Positions 34,123 through 48,400 of a stretch of DNA of 64,000 bases are shown in pieces. Each line of letters begins with the position of its first letter. Position 1 is the stretch's first letter. Origin of the DNA: Dendrobates tinctorius (lineage: Eukaryota); assembly GCF_039654945.1 (NCBI RefSeq), contig NW_027361831.1, positions 10,416,001 through 10,480,000 on the forward strand, read 5' to 3'. The notes below the pieces were generated by a model, which ran no database searches, had not been told where the DNA came from, and saw only the letters and a list, made by a program, of their open reading frames with translations. The position numbers were made by a program, and so were the translations under genes.

Positions 34123-37100
34123 GGAGGATATGGGTTGAACTAGTTGGACTTAAAGTCTTCCTTCAACCTTAATAACTATGTTACTATGCATTAGACCATA
34201 CAGTAAGCACACTACTCATGAGAATTAGTATCACAAATAAGCATTTACATCCAGGTACCTTAAAGGTGACATCTTCTCTAACTAGAGTTTTCCTGTTAAT
34301 ATTCTTCTCCATCTCGTTCAGAAGCCGTGATAACTTCTCACATCTGCATCTCGTCTCTGCAGACTTTCCTCTTCTCTGATCTTCTGCAGCACATCCCGAC
34401 ACTGCCCTTAAAAATAACAGTAATGGACTTCTGGTTCCGGCTCTGACCATGGCAGTCGTGTAAGGAGAGAGCTCCCATAGAACCTCCGCAAAGCTGACAA
34501 TTACAGACCCTCCTGGGCCCGCTGAAGATCCAGCAAGACGGCGGGTGGCCTCCGTTAATGAAGAGGTCATGGAGCAGTACCTTTTAAAGGAGCCCATCAT
34601 CAAGAGAAAAGGCTCGGGTAATCGCGAGGGAGAACTGCAGCTGCAGACACCGAGATCTAACATGGCACCGGCGGGGAAGACGCCCCGCCTCCCGCCAGGA
34701 GACGCTGGCGAAGCTGCAGAGAGGTGGCAGGAGGTGAAGAGACAGGAGAGCCATGCATGGCAGGAGATGGACGATGATAAGCTCACCTCAGATGGGATAG
34801 CAAACACAGAGCAGAGGCCTGGTGAGGAGGACATGCAGACAGAGCGCGGGCCGTCAACTGAAGAGAATGTGGGTGGAGAAAGGGGAGGCATCTCAACAGC
34901 AGGGCCAGCAAGGAGAGTGGGGGCAGCAGTGGGGACCCCTGCACCATCAAAACTAAGCATGGCATCAGAACAGATAAGCTAGAGAGTTTTCATGCACACT
35001 CTGGTGAGAAATATGGCAAAGGGGACTCCAGAAGTTCCAGCTGGGAAAGCAGAGACAGGAGTAAGTGGCGAGGAGCAGGCCAAAAGAAATCTGAGGGGCA
35101 GCAGGTCCACCATTGCTTCATAGACTATTTACGTTTGGCAAGTGAGGTAGCGACGCATTTGGCAGGTGAAATAAAAGGAACCATCGAGTCTGCTATACAA
35201 AGGACTGAGTAAATTAGAGGTGAAATTAGAAGATCAAGACAACAAAATTAAAAAAGGCCGAACAGAGGATATTGGATGCTGAAGATACACAGAATAACAG
35301 CATGCATGATTTGATGGCGATGTCAGATAAGCTGTCTGAAAAAGTGGACGATCTAGAAAATCGCTCTAGGCGTAGTAACCTGAGAATTGTGGGTCTCCCG
35401 GAAACGGTGTCGCCATGGCAGCTGTATGGCTCATGAGAACGCGAGCTGCCGCAGGCACTAGGGCTCAACCATAATTGCAGGGTGAGAGAGTCCACAGATT
35501 GGGCCCGCTAAGGGAGCATGCTGGCCACAGAGAGAATGCCAGGAGCGGTGAACAGGTGTCGACACTCCAGCCTAGACAGGTCATAGTCAAGTATTTGGAC
35601 TACAAACATAAGGAGGAGATTCTGAGGGCTTTTAGAGAAAGACTCCAATCGCTTCAGATCAAAGGCCACAAACTTTTGTTATTTGGAGACGTAATGAGAA
35701 GGAGGAAAGTCTTTAGCAGAGTGTGTATGGCTCTTTTCCACAAGAAGAAAAGATTTCAACTCTTGTACCTGGCTACATTGAAAGTGCGGCGGCCTGATGC
35801 CTCATTTGCTTACTAGTGTCGACTGCAGAGAGAAGGGAGGGGATGAAGAAGAGAGAATCACCATGGGAGAGGAAGCAGCTCACCCGAAGCGGCGACACGC
35901 ATCGAAAGTGGGGAAAGGTCACCGGATGACAGGAGAAACGCAACCTAAGAGAACGGTCTCAGGGGAGACCGTGTAGAGAGAGACTGAAGAAGAGAACTTG
36001 ATCAAATTTTGTAACTATGGTTCTTTAGTTGGTCATCAGGTGCACAATGTAATCTCTAATATCACAATGCATATTGGATGCCTTCTCCATGCGGGCATTT
36101 GCAAATATCTTTGCCCCTCCCCCCTTTTTTTCTCTTTTCTCTTTCCCTATCTTTCTTAGAATCTACTGTATATGGAAAATGTGCTCTAATGTTAAAAAAA
36201 TGGCAGTGGACGGGGGCTGTGAGGGAGGGTCAACTCCCTGAATTCTCTGAATTGGTGGCGGATAAGGGCGCAGTGTTTGATTGTAAAGCTGCTTATGGGG
36301 GGAATGGGTGAGTGTATGGGATGGTCAGGTTAAGGAAAGTCAAGAAAAAGTTTGTACAGGAATTTTATTTCTTGGGGGAGTTTCATGTTCGGGTTCAAAC
36401 AGTTGAAGAGGGGAGAGGGGGGATGGGGAAAAGGGGAAGGGGTTGTGGGTCAAACCGGATAGCAGATACAATAGCCAACGGAAACCGGTTGAGATCAGCT
36501 AGTGAAGCCAACATTATGTTCGACAATGGTTAAGATTGTTTCATGGAACGTTAAAGGTCTGCGATCGCCAGGAAAGAGGTCCATGGTTCTACGACACTTA
36601 AAAAGGTTGGGAGCAGATGTTGCTTTTACAGGAAACACACTTTGGTTCACCAACTCAGGGCAGGAAAGCAAGAACCTTGATCTTAGTTAGTAAACACTTT
36701 AATCGCTCTATATTACAAGAGGAACATGATTCTGAGGGGAGGTGGCAGCATCTGGTGGTTATGGGGCCCGCAGGTAGATTCAGCATACATAATGTTTACG
36801 CCCCCAAATCTTTTCAGGACGCTTTTTTCAGGGATCTGAGAGATAACAGGCAGGTAGTGGGGGGAATTTCAATGGGGTCCCGCATTATTTGGAGGACAGA
36901 ACCCAAAAGGGAGTGGGGAACAGGAAGATGGGGAAGGAAGGGAGCAATAGATGCATATTAGAGGAGGATTTAGGACGTATAGTGTCTGCACCATCCAAAT
37001 GACAGAGCGTATACTCATTACTCCCACCGCATGATAGTTGGTCGCGTATTGATCAGGTCTGAATGAGTGAGAGTTTAATACCTAGAGCGAGAGAGAGTGT

Positions 37101-40100
37101 GATAAAGAGTATGGTGATTTCAGACCATAGTCTGGAGAGTGTGTAGCTGTGTGACTCTGTCCAAAGAGGAACAGACATCTTGTGGAGGCTCCTGACATTT
37201 CTAATCAGAGATGAGAACTTTCATAGGGTACTGAGGGAGTGGTGGGAGGACTTCAGATTAACAAATGGGGAACACGAACAAGACCCAATGTTATTTTGGC
37301 AGACGGCCAAGGCGGTTCTGAGGGGTCATCTGCTGGGATACACAGCTATGCTCAAAAGAAAGATAAATGAGAAATACTCTAAGACTAGCGAGCTTTTGAG
37401 GAAGGCGTATACTGCGTTTCTGGCTGACCACTCTCCATTAGAGAAAAGGAATTGGATAGAAGCTAAAAGTAACTTTGATTCATGGGCAGATAAGAAAGAG
37501 CAAATATATAGGTCACAGCAGGAAGTGGCGCTCCATAGATTTGGGAACAAGGTGGGAAAGATGCTAGCCAATTTGGTAAGGGGAAGGATGCAAGCAAATT
37601 TAATTTTGAGTCTGAAAAAGAAAGATGGGTGTTTAACTTCTGATCCTAGGGAAATAAATAGGATTCTGGTGGACTATTATAGAGATCTTTACGGGGTGTC
37701 ACAGGATGGTATCGGGGGGGAGGAGCGGTTACAGAAAATGCCCCACCTTACAGAATAGGAGGTAGAGGTTCTGTATGCTGAGATACATGTGGATGAGGTA
37801 AAATCGTCAATTAAAGGTCTTAGTAATGGCAAGGCACCGGGCCCAGATGGATTCATGAGTGAGTTCTATACGGTCCTAAAGGATCAGATCTCCTCAGCAT
37901 TGACAGATATCTTTAATATGTGGATGGTGGGAGGGGGCATCTCCAATCATTGTTAAAACTGCTTATATAAAGCTGCTACCAAAAGGGAATAAGAATCTGG
38001 GAGACCCTGCCAGCTACTGATCAATCTCGCTTATCAACCAAGACTTGAAATTGGTATCCAAAATTCTGGCAGATCACCTGGCCATGGCCTTGCGTAGAGT
38101 GATAACGTCGCACCAGTTAGGTTTCATAAAAGGTCAAACGGTATCCAGTATCCAATATTAGAAAAGCCATGTTGATCATGGATGAGGTCAAGTGCGAGAA
38201 GGAGAATGTGGTGGGGTACCCAGCCTTTGTTACTTTGGATGCTGAGAAAGCATTTGATAATGTGAGTTGGTCGTGGCTGGAATTGGTTCTAGATAGGATG
38301 GGGTTGAAGGGTAGGTTGTGCAGTTATATACAAATGCTTTACTCGAATCCTCACGCGAGGGTCTATACCCCGGGATTTTTATCAGACGTGTTCCCCTTGA
38401 GAAAGGGTAGGCGTCAGGGCTGCCCGTTATCGCCTCTACTTTTTAATACAGCCATTGAACCTCTGTCAAGAGTTCTTAATGATATGGACAGTCTTGAAGG
38501 AATCAAAATAGGAGATAGAATGCTGCAGTCGGCATTGTTTGCAGATGATATTGTATTATTTATGCGTAACCCATACAGGGATTTAGGCCACACTTTATCC
38601 CTTGTGGAAAAATTTGGGGCGTTCTTGAGTTTCAAGCTTAATAAGAACAAATGTGGGTTATTGTTCCTAAAGAGGGGGGATAGACCACCAGGTCAATATC
38701 GACAAACTGAGATTTTTGGGATCCCGATTGCGAAGGGCTTGATTAAATATTCGATATATGCCTTGAACTATCATCCACTTATCTCAAAAATTGAAGCACA
38801 GTTAAAGGGATGGAGTGAACTGCCATTGCCGTTGCTAGCAAGAAGTCATTTGATAAAGATGATCAGCTTCCCTAGGCTGTTGTATACCTTGCAGACGATC
38901 CCCTTACTACTTAAACATAGGGACATTTCCAGGATTAATAGAGCCTATGCTAACTTTCTCTGGGAGGGGAAAGAAATCTAGAATAAAACTGAGTACTCTT
39001 ATGTTCTCTGTAAAAGAGGGAGGGATTAGGTTTCCTAATGTTAGGGGGTATAACCTTTCTTGTTTGGCAAGACACATGGTTGACTGGCTGCGTGGGTCAA
39101 GTAGACACTCGGATCTGGGACTGGAATGTGAGTTTTTCAAGCCCTGGGATCTGGTTTCGGTGCTACACTCTCCTTTATCCTGTTTGAGCACAACTATTCG
39201 AAATTTGATAGTATGTAGGGACACAATAGTGACGTGGAAGATGATACAAAAGAAAGTGGGTTTACCATGGAAGGTTTCTAAGTATCTTAATCCTTGGGCA
39301 CTCCCGAACTTTCGTTTTGGTTTGGGAGACAAAAGTTTATTCAGAGTGTGGCAGGAGAAAGGTGTCAAGAGAATGAAAGATTTAATGCATGAAAGTGAAA
39401 GAAGGTGGATGAGTGAGGCAAAGGTGGTGAAGTTCAACCTTAGCAAGTTTCAAACTCTGCAGTATGCGCAAATAAAAAACTCCATTATGCGAGATTTGTT
39501 GAATGTATCCAAGTAGTTGCATGAAAATGAGTTTGATGGATTGTGATCTCTCCAGTCTGAATGTGTCAAGGATCTATGGTATCATGAGAGAGTGGCTGAT
39601 CCCAGCAGGGAATCAGACTTGTGCTAAAGGGTGGGTGAAACAGATGGGGGAAGTGGATATCATGGATAAGATTCTGCAGGGCTGGTGTTTACTGAGAAAG
39701 AACATCACTAGTGAGAGTTGGAGGGACACCCAGTTCAGGATTATGCACAGGGCTATCTACGGGTTTAACCTGCCAGTGCTCTCAGTGTGTGTGGGCAAAG
39801 TTCAGAAATGTCCAAAGTGTGGGACAGATCGCACTGATGTGTTTCATGGCCTGTGGGGGTGTGAGGTCTTTCAAAAGTTCTGAAAGTCGGTCTGTAATTT
39901 CAACCGGGAGATAGGGGAGACAGATTGGGAACTAGACCCGATGTTGTGGGTTTTTCATTTTGTGTGAGAAGGAGTCAAAAGGGGGGATACGATATCACTC
40001 TTGCATGACATAGCAGTCCTAGATAAAAAGTCTATTTTAAGACAATGGATTACAGCGGAGGCCTCGACTGTGAGTGAGTTATTAAACAACATGAAATAGT

Positions 40101-40653
40101 TGTTACATCTAGAAAAACTGGAAGCTGAAAGAGACAAGACCAAGCAAACGGAAACATTCTTCAATAAATGGAGAAGGTTTATTGAGAAGAATTGCTCTCA
40201 GGAGGAGATCAAGCTAATAATGACCTCCTTCCTGCATGCTGACTGGTACCTAATGAATGATTTGCAGGGTTCATTGGTGAAACTGAAGGTCCAAGGATCT
40301 TGACTGCTGTAACTTCACACTGAGCGGGAGGTGCTATTCGGTTCAAGGGTGGGATGTTGAAGGGGGGTGGGAATAGAGAGAATTTTGAAGATGCTCATTA
40401 TGCATGGGGTAACAGTTGTGTTACCTTTGTGTTACCTACAGTTGTGTTGTACCTTTTTGGTACATATGTTTGGTGTTATGTAAAATTTGAAAACTAATAA
40501 AAAAGATTTGATACTTCCGGTTCCGGCGCTGTGATGTGAGGACGCGGGAGACAGAGCTCCGTGCAACCCTCAGCTACAAAGACTGGCATAGAACACCCCA
40601 CTGCCGTGAGAGACAGTGGAAAGTGAGAGGCAGGGAGCAGGAGATATCGGTGT

Positions 40654-41826
40654 ATGGAGCGGTACCTTCTCCGGAGTGGCGGCAAGCACTTAAAGCAAGG
40701 AGCTGCAGAGGGAGACCACACAGCACGAGACCATAAAATGGCGGCAGCCGTGGGAAACAGCGGTCTGCAGGAAGGTGAGCAGAGCCCGGTGGAGGAGGAG
40801 GGGGAGAGGCAGATCGAGGAGTCGGCAGCCCAGCAGAGCAGCCAGATAACAGGCATGCATATAGACTATGACCGTTTGGCTGGGGCAGTGGCAGCGCACC
40901 TGGCAGACAGGATAAAAGAGTCCCTGGAGGCTATGGTGGGGGCTGCGCTATCCTCCATTAAAGAACAGGTCACACAGCAGGGAACCAGGATGGCAGAGGC
41001 GGAACAAAGAATATCAACCGCAGAGGACGAGGTGATAACATTAAAGGAGCAGTTGAAGGAGATGGTGGAGGGCTCCCAGGCTATAAAAGACAAACTGGAA
41101 GATTTGGAAAACCGATCAAGGAGGAGCAATTTAAGGCTGGTGGGGTTGCCGGAATCTATAAACATGCGACAACTGGATAACATTTGTGAAATAGAGCTCC
41201 CCAAGGTGCTGGGTCTGACACATAAGTGCAGAGTGGAAAGAGCGCACAGAGTGGGTCCTGTAAGAGAGAGTCCAGGCATGTGGAGAACGAGCGGGAAGGA
41301 AGACAACGTGGGGACGACTGGCACAGCCTGACCGCGCCAAGTCATAATAAAATACCTGGAATATAAGGACAAAGAAGAGTTACTGCGAGCATTTAGAGGA
41401 AGGAGGATCCCATTGTTTTTACAAGGACATAAAGTATTGATATTTGGAGATTATTCTGCAGAGGTCACCCGGAAAAGGAAGACCTTCAGCAAGATCTGCA
41501 CTACACTGTACCGCAAAGGTATAAAGTTCCAGTTGCTTTACCCTGCCCTACTGAGAGTGACAAGACAAGATGGATCTTTTTTTGTGACAAAGGACTTGAA
41601 AGAGGCGGAGAGAAGGATGGAGGAGGCAGTGGACAGTGACCAGACAAGAAAATCTTCGGGGAGGAGGGATGGTCGATGTGGGGAAAGTGAGGGGGAGGTT
41701 CGAGAAGAGAGACAGAACGAATGGAGGGAGAGGAGAGAGGAGGGGACGGAGCTCCATACGAAGAATCCCAAGGAAAGAAGATCGCCGTCACGCAAATCTG
41801 GAGACCGAGGCAGAGGAGCGCCTTGA
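40654..41826 (+). pseudogene. L1-B ORF1 with a single in-frame TGA at 41329-41331
   Basis: LEDLENRSRRSNLRLVGLPE, VERAHRVG, *PRQVIIKYL, IFGDYSAEVTRKRK, LLYPALL all in one frame. Confidence 0.9.
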
Positions 41827-42486
41827 GAGAGATTTTAAGGAGAAGATATATCACTTTGGACCGAACTGGGGGACCGGTGGGGGGGGTGAATGATGGAAAG
41901 TAGAGGTGTACACCTTTTTTTTTTTTTTTTTCGTCCTTTACTTGATCCACCACTTCGGTTCTCCCCTGCTGTATGGTCTCTATGGATCCCGAGATCCTAC
42001 GTACTTTGGGAGGTGGAGGAGCTTTGGCGTTCATGGGGGTCCTGGCTTCTCTTCCGAGTCTCTCTATTGGGTGCTGGGAGGACCATACCGGTAGGAAGGA
42101 GAGGGAGACTGGGTTCGGAGGCACCGAATAAGGTGTATGGGAAAGGAGGGAGGAGGTATTGTATGTTGATAAGAATAGTGACCAAGAAGGCCTTGCCTTG
42201 ATATGGTGGGGAGCAGAAGAATGGGGGATAGGCTATGGGTAATTACTAATCAGTGAGCTGAGAGGGATTTGCGGAGCCAGGAGCATCACAGAAAAAATGG
42301 AAGTGAAGAAACGACTGACTGTAAAGGGGGGGATAGTTGAGGGGTTGTTAGTTGATAATAGACTTAGGATGAGCAGTTGGGTTCAGGGAAAGCAACGTTA
42401 TGGACACACCGAATGCTTGGAGGGATCACAATACCATACATATGAAAGACCACATGTCGACGTGAAATACTTGAGAAATTGGGACA

Positions 42487-45400
42487 ATGGTTAAAATAGT
42501 GACATGGAATGTGAAAGGACTGAAGTCACCACATAAGCGCATGATGATATTGAGACAACTCAAAAGACTGAAAGTCGATATAGCATTACTACAGGAGACA
42601 CACCTACCCCAGGGGGATTTCTTCCGTATGCAGAAACTATGGGTGGGAAAAGTAGTTGGGTCAGGCTCCCTGGGACGAAAGGCAGGGGTGATGATTCTAA
42701 TTAACAAAAATTTTAATCACACGATAGTATCTCAGAACAATGATGAAGAAGGGAGGTATATTCACATCAAGCTTACCAGTCCACAGGGAGAGTTTGATAT
42801 ATATAACATATACGCCCCTAACAATGAACAAACTTCATTTTTTAACTTTATCACTACTGAACTGGGAAAAGACACAGAACTCAAACGGATAGTCGGAGGG
42901 GACTTTAATGCAGTGGTTTCAAGGGGGGAAGATAAGAGATATAGTAGAGATGACGGCAGACCGATTAGGGAGGTAAAAGGATTAATGGTCAAGCTTTTGG
43001 AGGACACAAATTTAAAAGATAGTTGGAGAATGCTTCACCCAAATGACCGGGAATACTCTCATTACTCGCATCCACACGAAGCGTGGTCTAGGATTGATTA
43101 CATTTTGGTAGACCAATTTCTGATGCATAGGGTAAGGGATGTGGATATTGGAGATATGGTGATATCGGATCACAGCCCGGTGCTTCTAGAAATTACTGAT
43201 ACAACACTGAGGGGGACGGACTACTTGTGGAGGTTTCCGTCGTTTCTACTTAGAGACAAGGAATTTGCCAAAACACTGAACGAATGGTGGGAAGACTATA
43301 GCAGAAACAATAGTGAACATGAGGCGGATATAATGTTGTTCTGGGAAGCAGCAAAAACAGTATTAAGGGGAAGATTGATGGGACATGTAGCTAAACTTAG
43401 GAAACATACCCACAAACAATATCAGGCTGCAAGTGAGATCCTCAGAGAGAAGTATACATGGTATCTAGAAAACAAAACACAAGAGGCAAAGGAGGAGTGG
43501 AAAGCAGCAAGGCAGGAATTTCAATCCTGGGCGGGGAAAAGGGAGGATCTGGTACGATCACAGCAGGAAGTTGATTTGCACAAATTTGGCAATAAGGCAG
43601 GGAGACTGTTGGCCAATCTGGCAAAAGGGCGACGACCAATGACTTTGATAACTAACATGACTAGACCGGACGGGAGCAAATCCACAAGTCCACAAGAGAT
43701 TACTGAGATTCTGGGGGATTATTATGCAAAATTATATAGTAAGGGGGAAGAGATGGTTGGCAGGGAAAATGACTGGTTGAAAAGCATAAAACTCACACAA
43801 ATCAATGCGGAAGAGCTGTCTAGATTGAACGCAGAAATAACATTAGAAGAAGTACAGATGGTAATAGGGGATCTGAACGTACACAAGGCACCAGGACCTG
43901 ACGGGTTTAATGGGGAATTTTATAAAGTAATGAAAGAGCAGGTGGCACCGATCCTGACTAGAATGTATAACAAAATAATGGGAGGAGGGGGAATTTCGGG
44001 ACACCTTAACACTGCGTACATAAAATTGATTCCCAAGGGGGACAGAAATCTAGATAACCCAGCAAACTATAGGCCAATTTCATTGCTAAACCAAGATCTC
44101 AAAATCTTGGCCAAATTGATGGCCAATAGATTGGCGGAGATCATAGAATCATAGAATCATAGAATCATAGAATCGTAGAGTTGGAAGGGACCTCCTGGGC
44201 CATCTGGTCCAACCCCCTGCTCAAAGCAGGATTCGCTAAATAATCCCAGTCAGATGTCTGTCTAGCCTCTGTTTGAAGACTTCCATTGAAGGAGAACTCA
44301 CCACTTCTCGTGGCAGCCTGTTCCACTCATTGATCACTCTAACTGTCAAAAAGTTTTTTCTAATATCTAATCTGTGTCTCCTCCCATTCAGTTTCATCCC
44401 ATTGCTTCTAGTCTTTCCTTGTGCAAATGAGAATAAAGTTGATCCTTCTACAATGTGACAGCCCTTTAGATATTTGTAGACAGCTATTAAGTCTCCTCTC
44501 AGTCTTCTCTTTTGCAAACTAAACATTCCCAAATCCTGCAACCTTTCCTCATAAGACAGGGTTTGCAGACCGGTCACCATTCTGGTCGCTCTTTTCTGAA
44601 CTTGCTCCAGTTTGTTGATGTCTTTTTTAAAATGTGGTGCCCAAAACTGGACACAATATTCCAGATGAGGTCTGACCAAAAGAGGAGTAGAGGGAAATAA
44701 TGACTTCACGTGATCTAGACTGTATGCTTCTGTTAATACATCCTAGAATTGCATTTGCCTTTTTTGCTGCTGCATCACACTGTTGACTCATATTCAGTCT
44801 GTGATCTATTAGTATACCCAAGTCTTTTTCACATGTGCTGTCACTTAGCCCTATTCCTCCCATTCTATATATGCTTTTTCCATTTTTATTGCCCAGATGT
44901 AGTACTTTGCATTTCTCCCTGTTAAAAACCATTCTGTTAGTTGCTGCCCACTTCTCCAGTTTATTTAAATCTTTTTGAATCCTCTCTCTCTCTTCTCTAG
45001 TATTAGCTATCCCTCCTAGCTTTGTGTCATCAGCAAATTTAATCAGTTTACCCTCAATTCCTTCATCTAAATCGTTGATAAAGATGTTGAACAATACAGG
45101 GCCCAGGACAGAGCCCTGTGGTACCCCACTTGAGACATTCTTCCAACTGGATGTGCAGCCATTTACGACCACTCTTTGGGTCCGATCACTAAGCCAGTTA
45201 TGAATCCACCTAACAGTTGCCTTGTCCATTCCATACTTAATCATTTTTTCAATAAGGATTGTATGAGAGACTTTGTCAAATGCTTTGCTGAAGTCAAGAT
45301 ATACTATATCTACAGCATTTCCTTGATCTACCCAATCAGTGATACCGTCATAGAAGGAAATTAAGTTAGTCTGACATGACTTATTAGTTACAAACCCATG

Positions 45401-48400
45401 CTGACTCTGTTTAATCACTTCATTCTTATCCAGGTATTGACATACATGTTGTTTAATAATTTGTTCAAAGATCTTTCCTGGTATAGAAGTCAGACTCACC
45501 GGCCTATAGTTACCTGGGTCCACCTTCTTCCCCTTTTTGAAGATAGGAACAACATTTGCTCTTCTCCAGTCTTCTGGCACTTCTCCTGTTCTCCAAGAAT
45601 TTTCAAAGATTATAGAGAGGGGTTCAAAAATTTCTTCTGCTATCTCCTTCAGTACTCTGGGGTGTAATTCATCTGGACCTGGAGACTTGAATTCATTTAG
45701 GCTAGCTAAGTGTTTCCTCACTATCTTTCTGTTTATAGATATCCTGGATTCTTCTATTCCCTTAATAGGACAGTGAATAACAGTTGATGTTACATTTCCT
45801 TTCTGAGAGAAAACAGATGCAAAATAGGAATTTAAAAGTTCAGCCTTCTCAACATCCTGTCTTACCATTTCATCATTTTCATCCTGTAAAAATCCTATAG
45901 CATCTTTGACTTTTCTTTTACTTTTGACATATCCCCAAAATCCTTTATTATTGCTTTTGACATCTCTTGCAAGCCTCAATTTATTTTCAGCTTTAGCTAA
46001 TCTGATTTGTGCCCTGCAGGTTCTGCAGACAGCATTATATTCTTCTTTAGATATGCCTCCCTCTTTCCATTTTATAAACATTTTTTTCTTCCTTTTTAGC
46101 ATGTGCTTAAGTTCTGTGTTCATCCATCCTGGTTTCCTTAAATGCTTCCTATTCTTCCCTCTTTTCGGAATTGTTAACAACTGTGCTTTGAGAATTTCAT
46201 TTTTCAAGATTTCCCATCCTTCCTGGAAATTTTTGTCTTTAAGGATATCCAGCCATTGGATCCCTCCAATTCTCTTTCTGAATCCCTTAAAATCTGCCTT
46301 TCTGAAATCTAACCTTGATGTCTGAGTCTTCACAGGTCTTCCGCCTCTAGTTATCCAAAATTCTAAAATAGCATGGTCGCTACCTCCTAGGGTCCCAGCC
46401 ACTTTTTCCTCCTCAACCATTTCCTCCCTGTTTATAAGGATTAGATCCAAGGTAGCAGTTCCCCTTGTTTTCTCCCTTACCTTTTGGAAGATAAAGTTGT
46501 CAGCAAGAGAGGATAAGAATTTCCTTGACCTGTTAGTTTTGCCTGAGAGAGATTCCCAACAAATGTCTGGATAGTTGAAATCTCCCATGACAACTATGTC
46601 ATATTTTTTGGAGAACTTGGCCATTTGATGCATAAAGAGTTCATCCATAGCTTCAGCTTGCACAGGCGGCCTGTAGTAAATGCCTACAATGGTGTCCTTT
46701 CCATTGTTCTGTCCTTGTATTCTTACCCAAACAGTTTCCACAGAACTCCCAGTCTCTGAAGCTTCAATCTCTGTGCAGATATACGCGTTTCTAACATACA
46801 ATGCGACACCCCCTCCTCGTTTATCAAGTCTGTTTCTTGCAAATAAGTTGTATCCTTCTAGTCTTGTATTCCAATCATGTGTATTGTCCCACCAAGTTTC
46901 AGTGATTCCAATGACATCATATTTCTTTTCCTGTGTTAGTAGTTCCAATTCTCCTTGTTTGTTGCCCATGCTTTGTGCATTAGTATAGAAACATTTTAGT
47001 TTGTGATTGGTTTCTCTTTCTCCAATATTTTTATTAATTAGATTCTTTCGTCTTTGTTCTTCCTTTCCACTTCTAATAGCAGAGTTCTCAATAGCATTTG
47101 TCCAGTGTATGGCTTTTTCTGGTCTTTTGCTTCCCTTCCCATGTTGTTCTAGTTTAAAGCTCTCCTTACAAGTGTAGCAAGGCGACTTCCAAATACATGC
47201 TTACCAGTCTTCGTAAGGTGCACCCCATCTCTAGCAAGTAGTCCATCGTATAAGTAGTTCACTCCGTGATCCAGAAATCCAAATCGTTGCTGACGGCACC
47301 ATCGACGTAGCCAGTTGTTCACCTGCAGAATCTTATTCCACCTCCTTGTTCCATGTCCATCCACTGGGAGGATGGAAGAGATACTACCAAACTTAATATC
47401 ACCGGCACAATCAGGGTTCGTTAAGGGGAGGGCAGCGGTGACGAATGTGCGGAGGGCTATGCTGGTAATGGATGCCATTAGACATAGGGATCTTCAAAAG
47501 GAGGAGTGTCCAGCCATGGTCACACTTGATGCCGAGAAAGCGTTTGATAGTGTGGGGTGGTCATGGCTGGAGACGGTACTAGACAATATGGGGATACGGG
47601 GAGCCTTTCGTACATTCATAGGGGTATTGTATGCAAATCCTCAGGCGAGGGTGGCGACGCCCGGGTTCCTGTCGAGATCTTTCCCATTGAGCAAAGGGAC
47701 TAGACAGGGATGTCCACTGTCACCCCTCCTGTTTAATCTGGCCATTGAGCCTTTGTCTAGACTATTAAATGAAGGAGATTGTTTTGAAGGTATTAGGGTC
47801 GGGAAGGAACAATTGCGTTCAGCCCTATTTGCGGATGATATCATACTATTTATGAACAATCCTCAGAGAGATCTCCCAAAAGTGACACAACAGATAGAGG
47901 AGTTTGGGGGATTATCAGGCTTTAAATTGAACAGAGCAAAGTGTGAAATTTTGTTTCTGTGTGAGCAAAAGATGAAACTGATGGTTGCCGAGGGAACAAG
48001 AGATGGCATCTCTGGGATACCGATAGCATGGTCTCACCTTAAATATTTGGGAATACAGATGGGACGTACAACAGCGTCAATATACGAATTGAACTACAAA
48101 CCTTTGATACAAAAAATAGAACGGGAACTAAAGATGTGGGAGGGGCTGCCGCTATCATTACTAGGTAGAAATCATCTTTTGAAGATGATGAGTTTTCCAA
48201 AATTACTCTACCCAATGCAGACAATCCCTATGTTATTGAAACATACAGACATAAATAGACTGAATAAAGCATTCTCGACATTCTTGTGGAGGGGGAAAAG
48301 GCCGAGAATCAAAACGGAAAAATTAATGCAATCTTTGGAAAAAGGAGGCATTAAAATGCCAAATATTAGAGGGTATAACTTGGCATGCCTGATGAGGCAC

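Larger units (their letters stand above)
32000..34188 (+). mobile_element. 5'-truncated CR1 LINE (RT and 3' UTR), interrupted by a MITE and an LTR-like piece
   Basis: YMDFSKAFD, SGVPQGSVLGPLLF, FADDTKL, VRPHLEYCVQFW, RAVRLWNSLP; 3' tail ...caaccttaataactatgttactatg at about 34163-34188. Confidence 0.9.

Noticed and set aside
47315-47377. N-terminus MFTCRILFHLLVPCPSTGR of the 778-aa ORF as a novel protein start
   Set aside because: It is antisense CR1 sequence fused by chance to the downstream half of L1-B ORF2.
47149-47377. Shared DGVHL esterase motif in CR1 ORF1 and Ngaro ORF4 as local domain exchange
   Set aside because: Both esterases are known family features and I see no nucleotide similarity between them.
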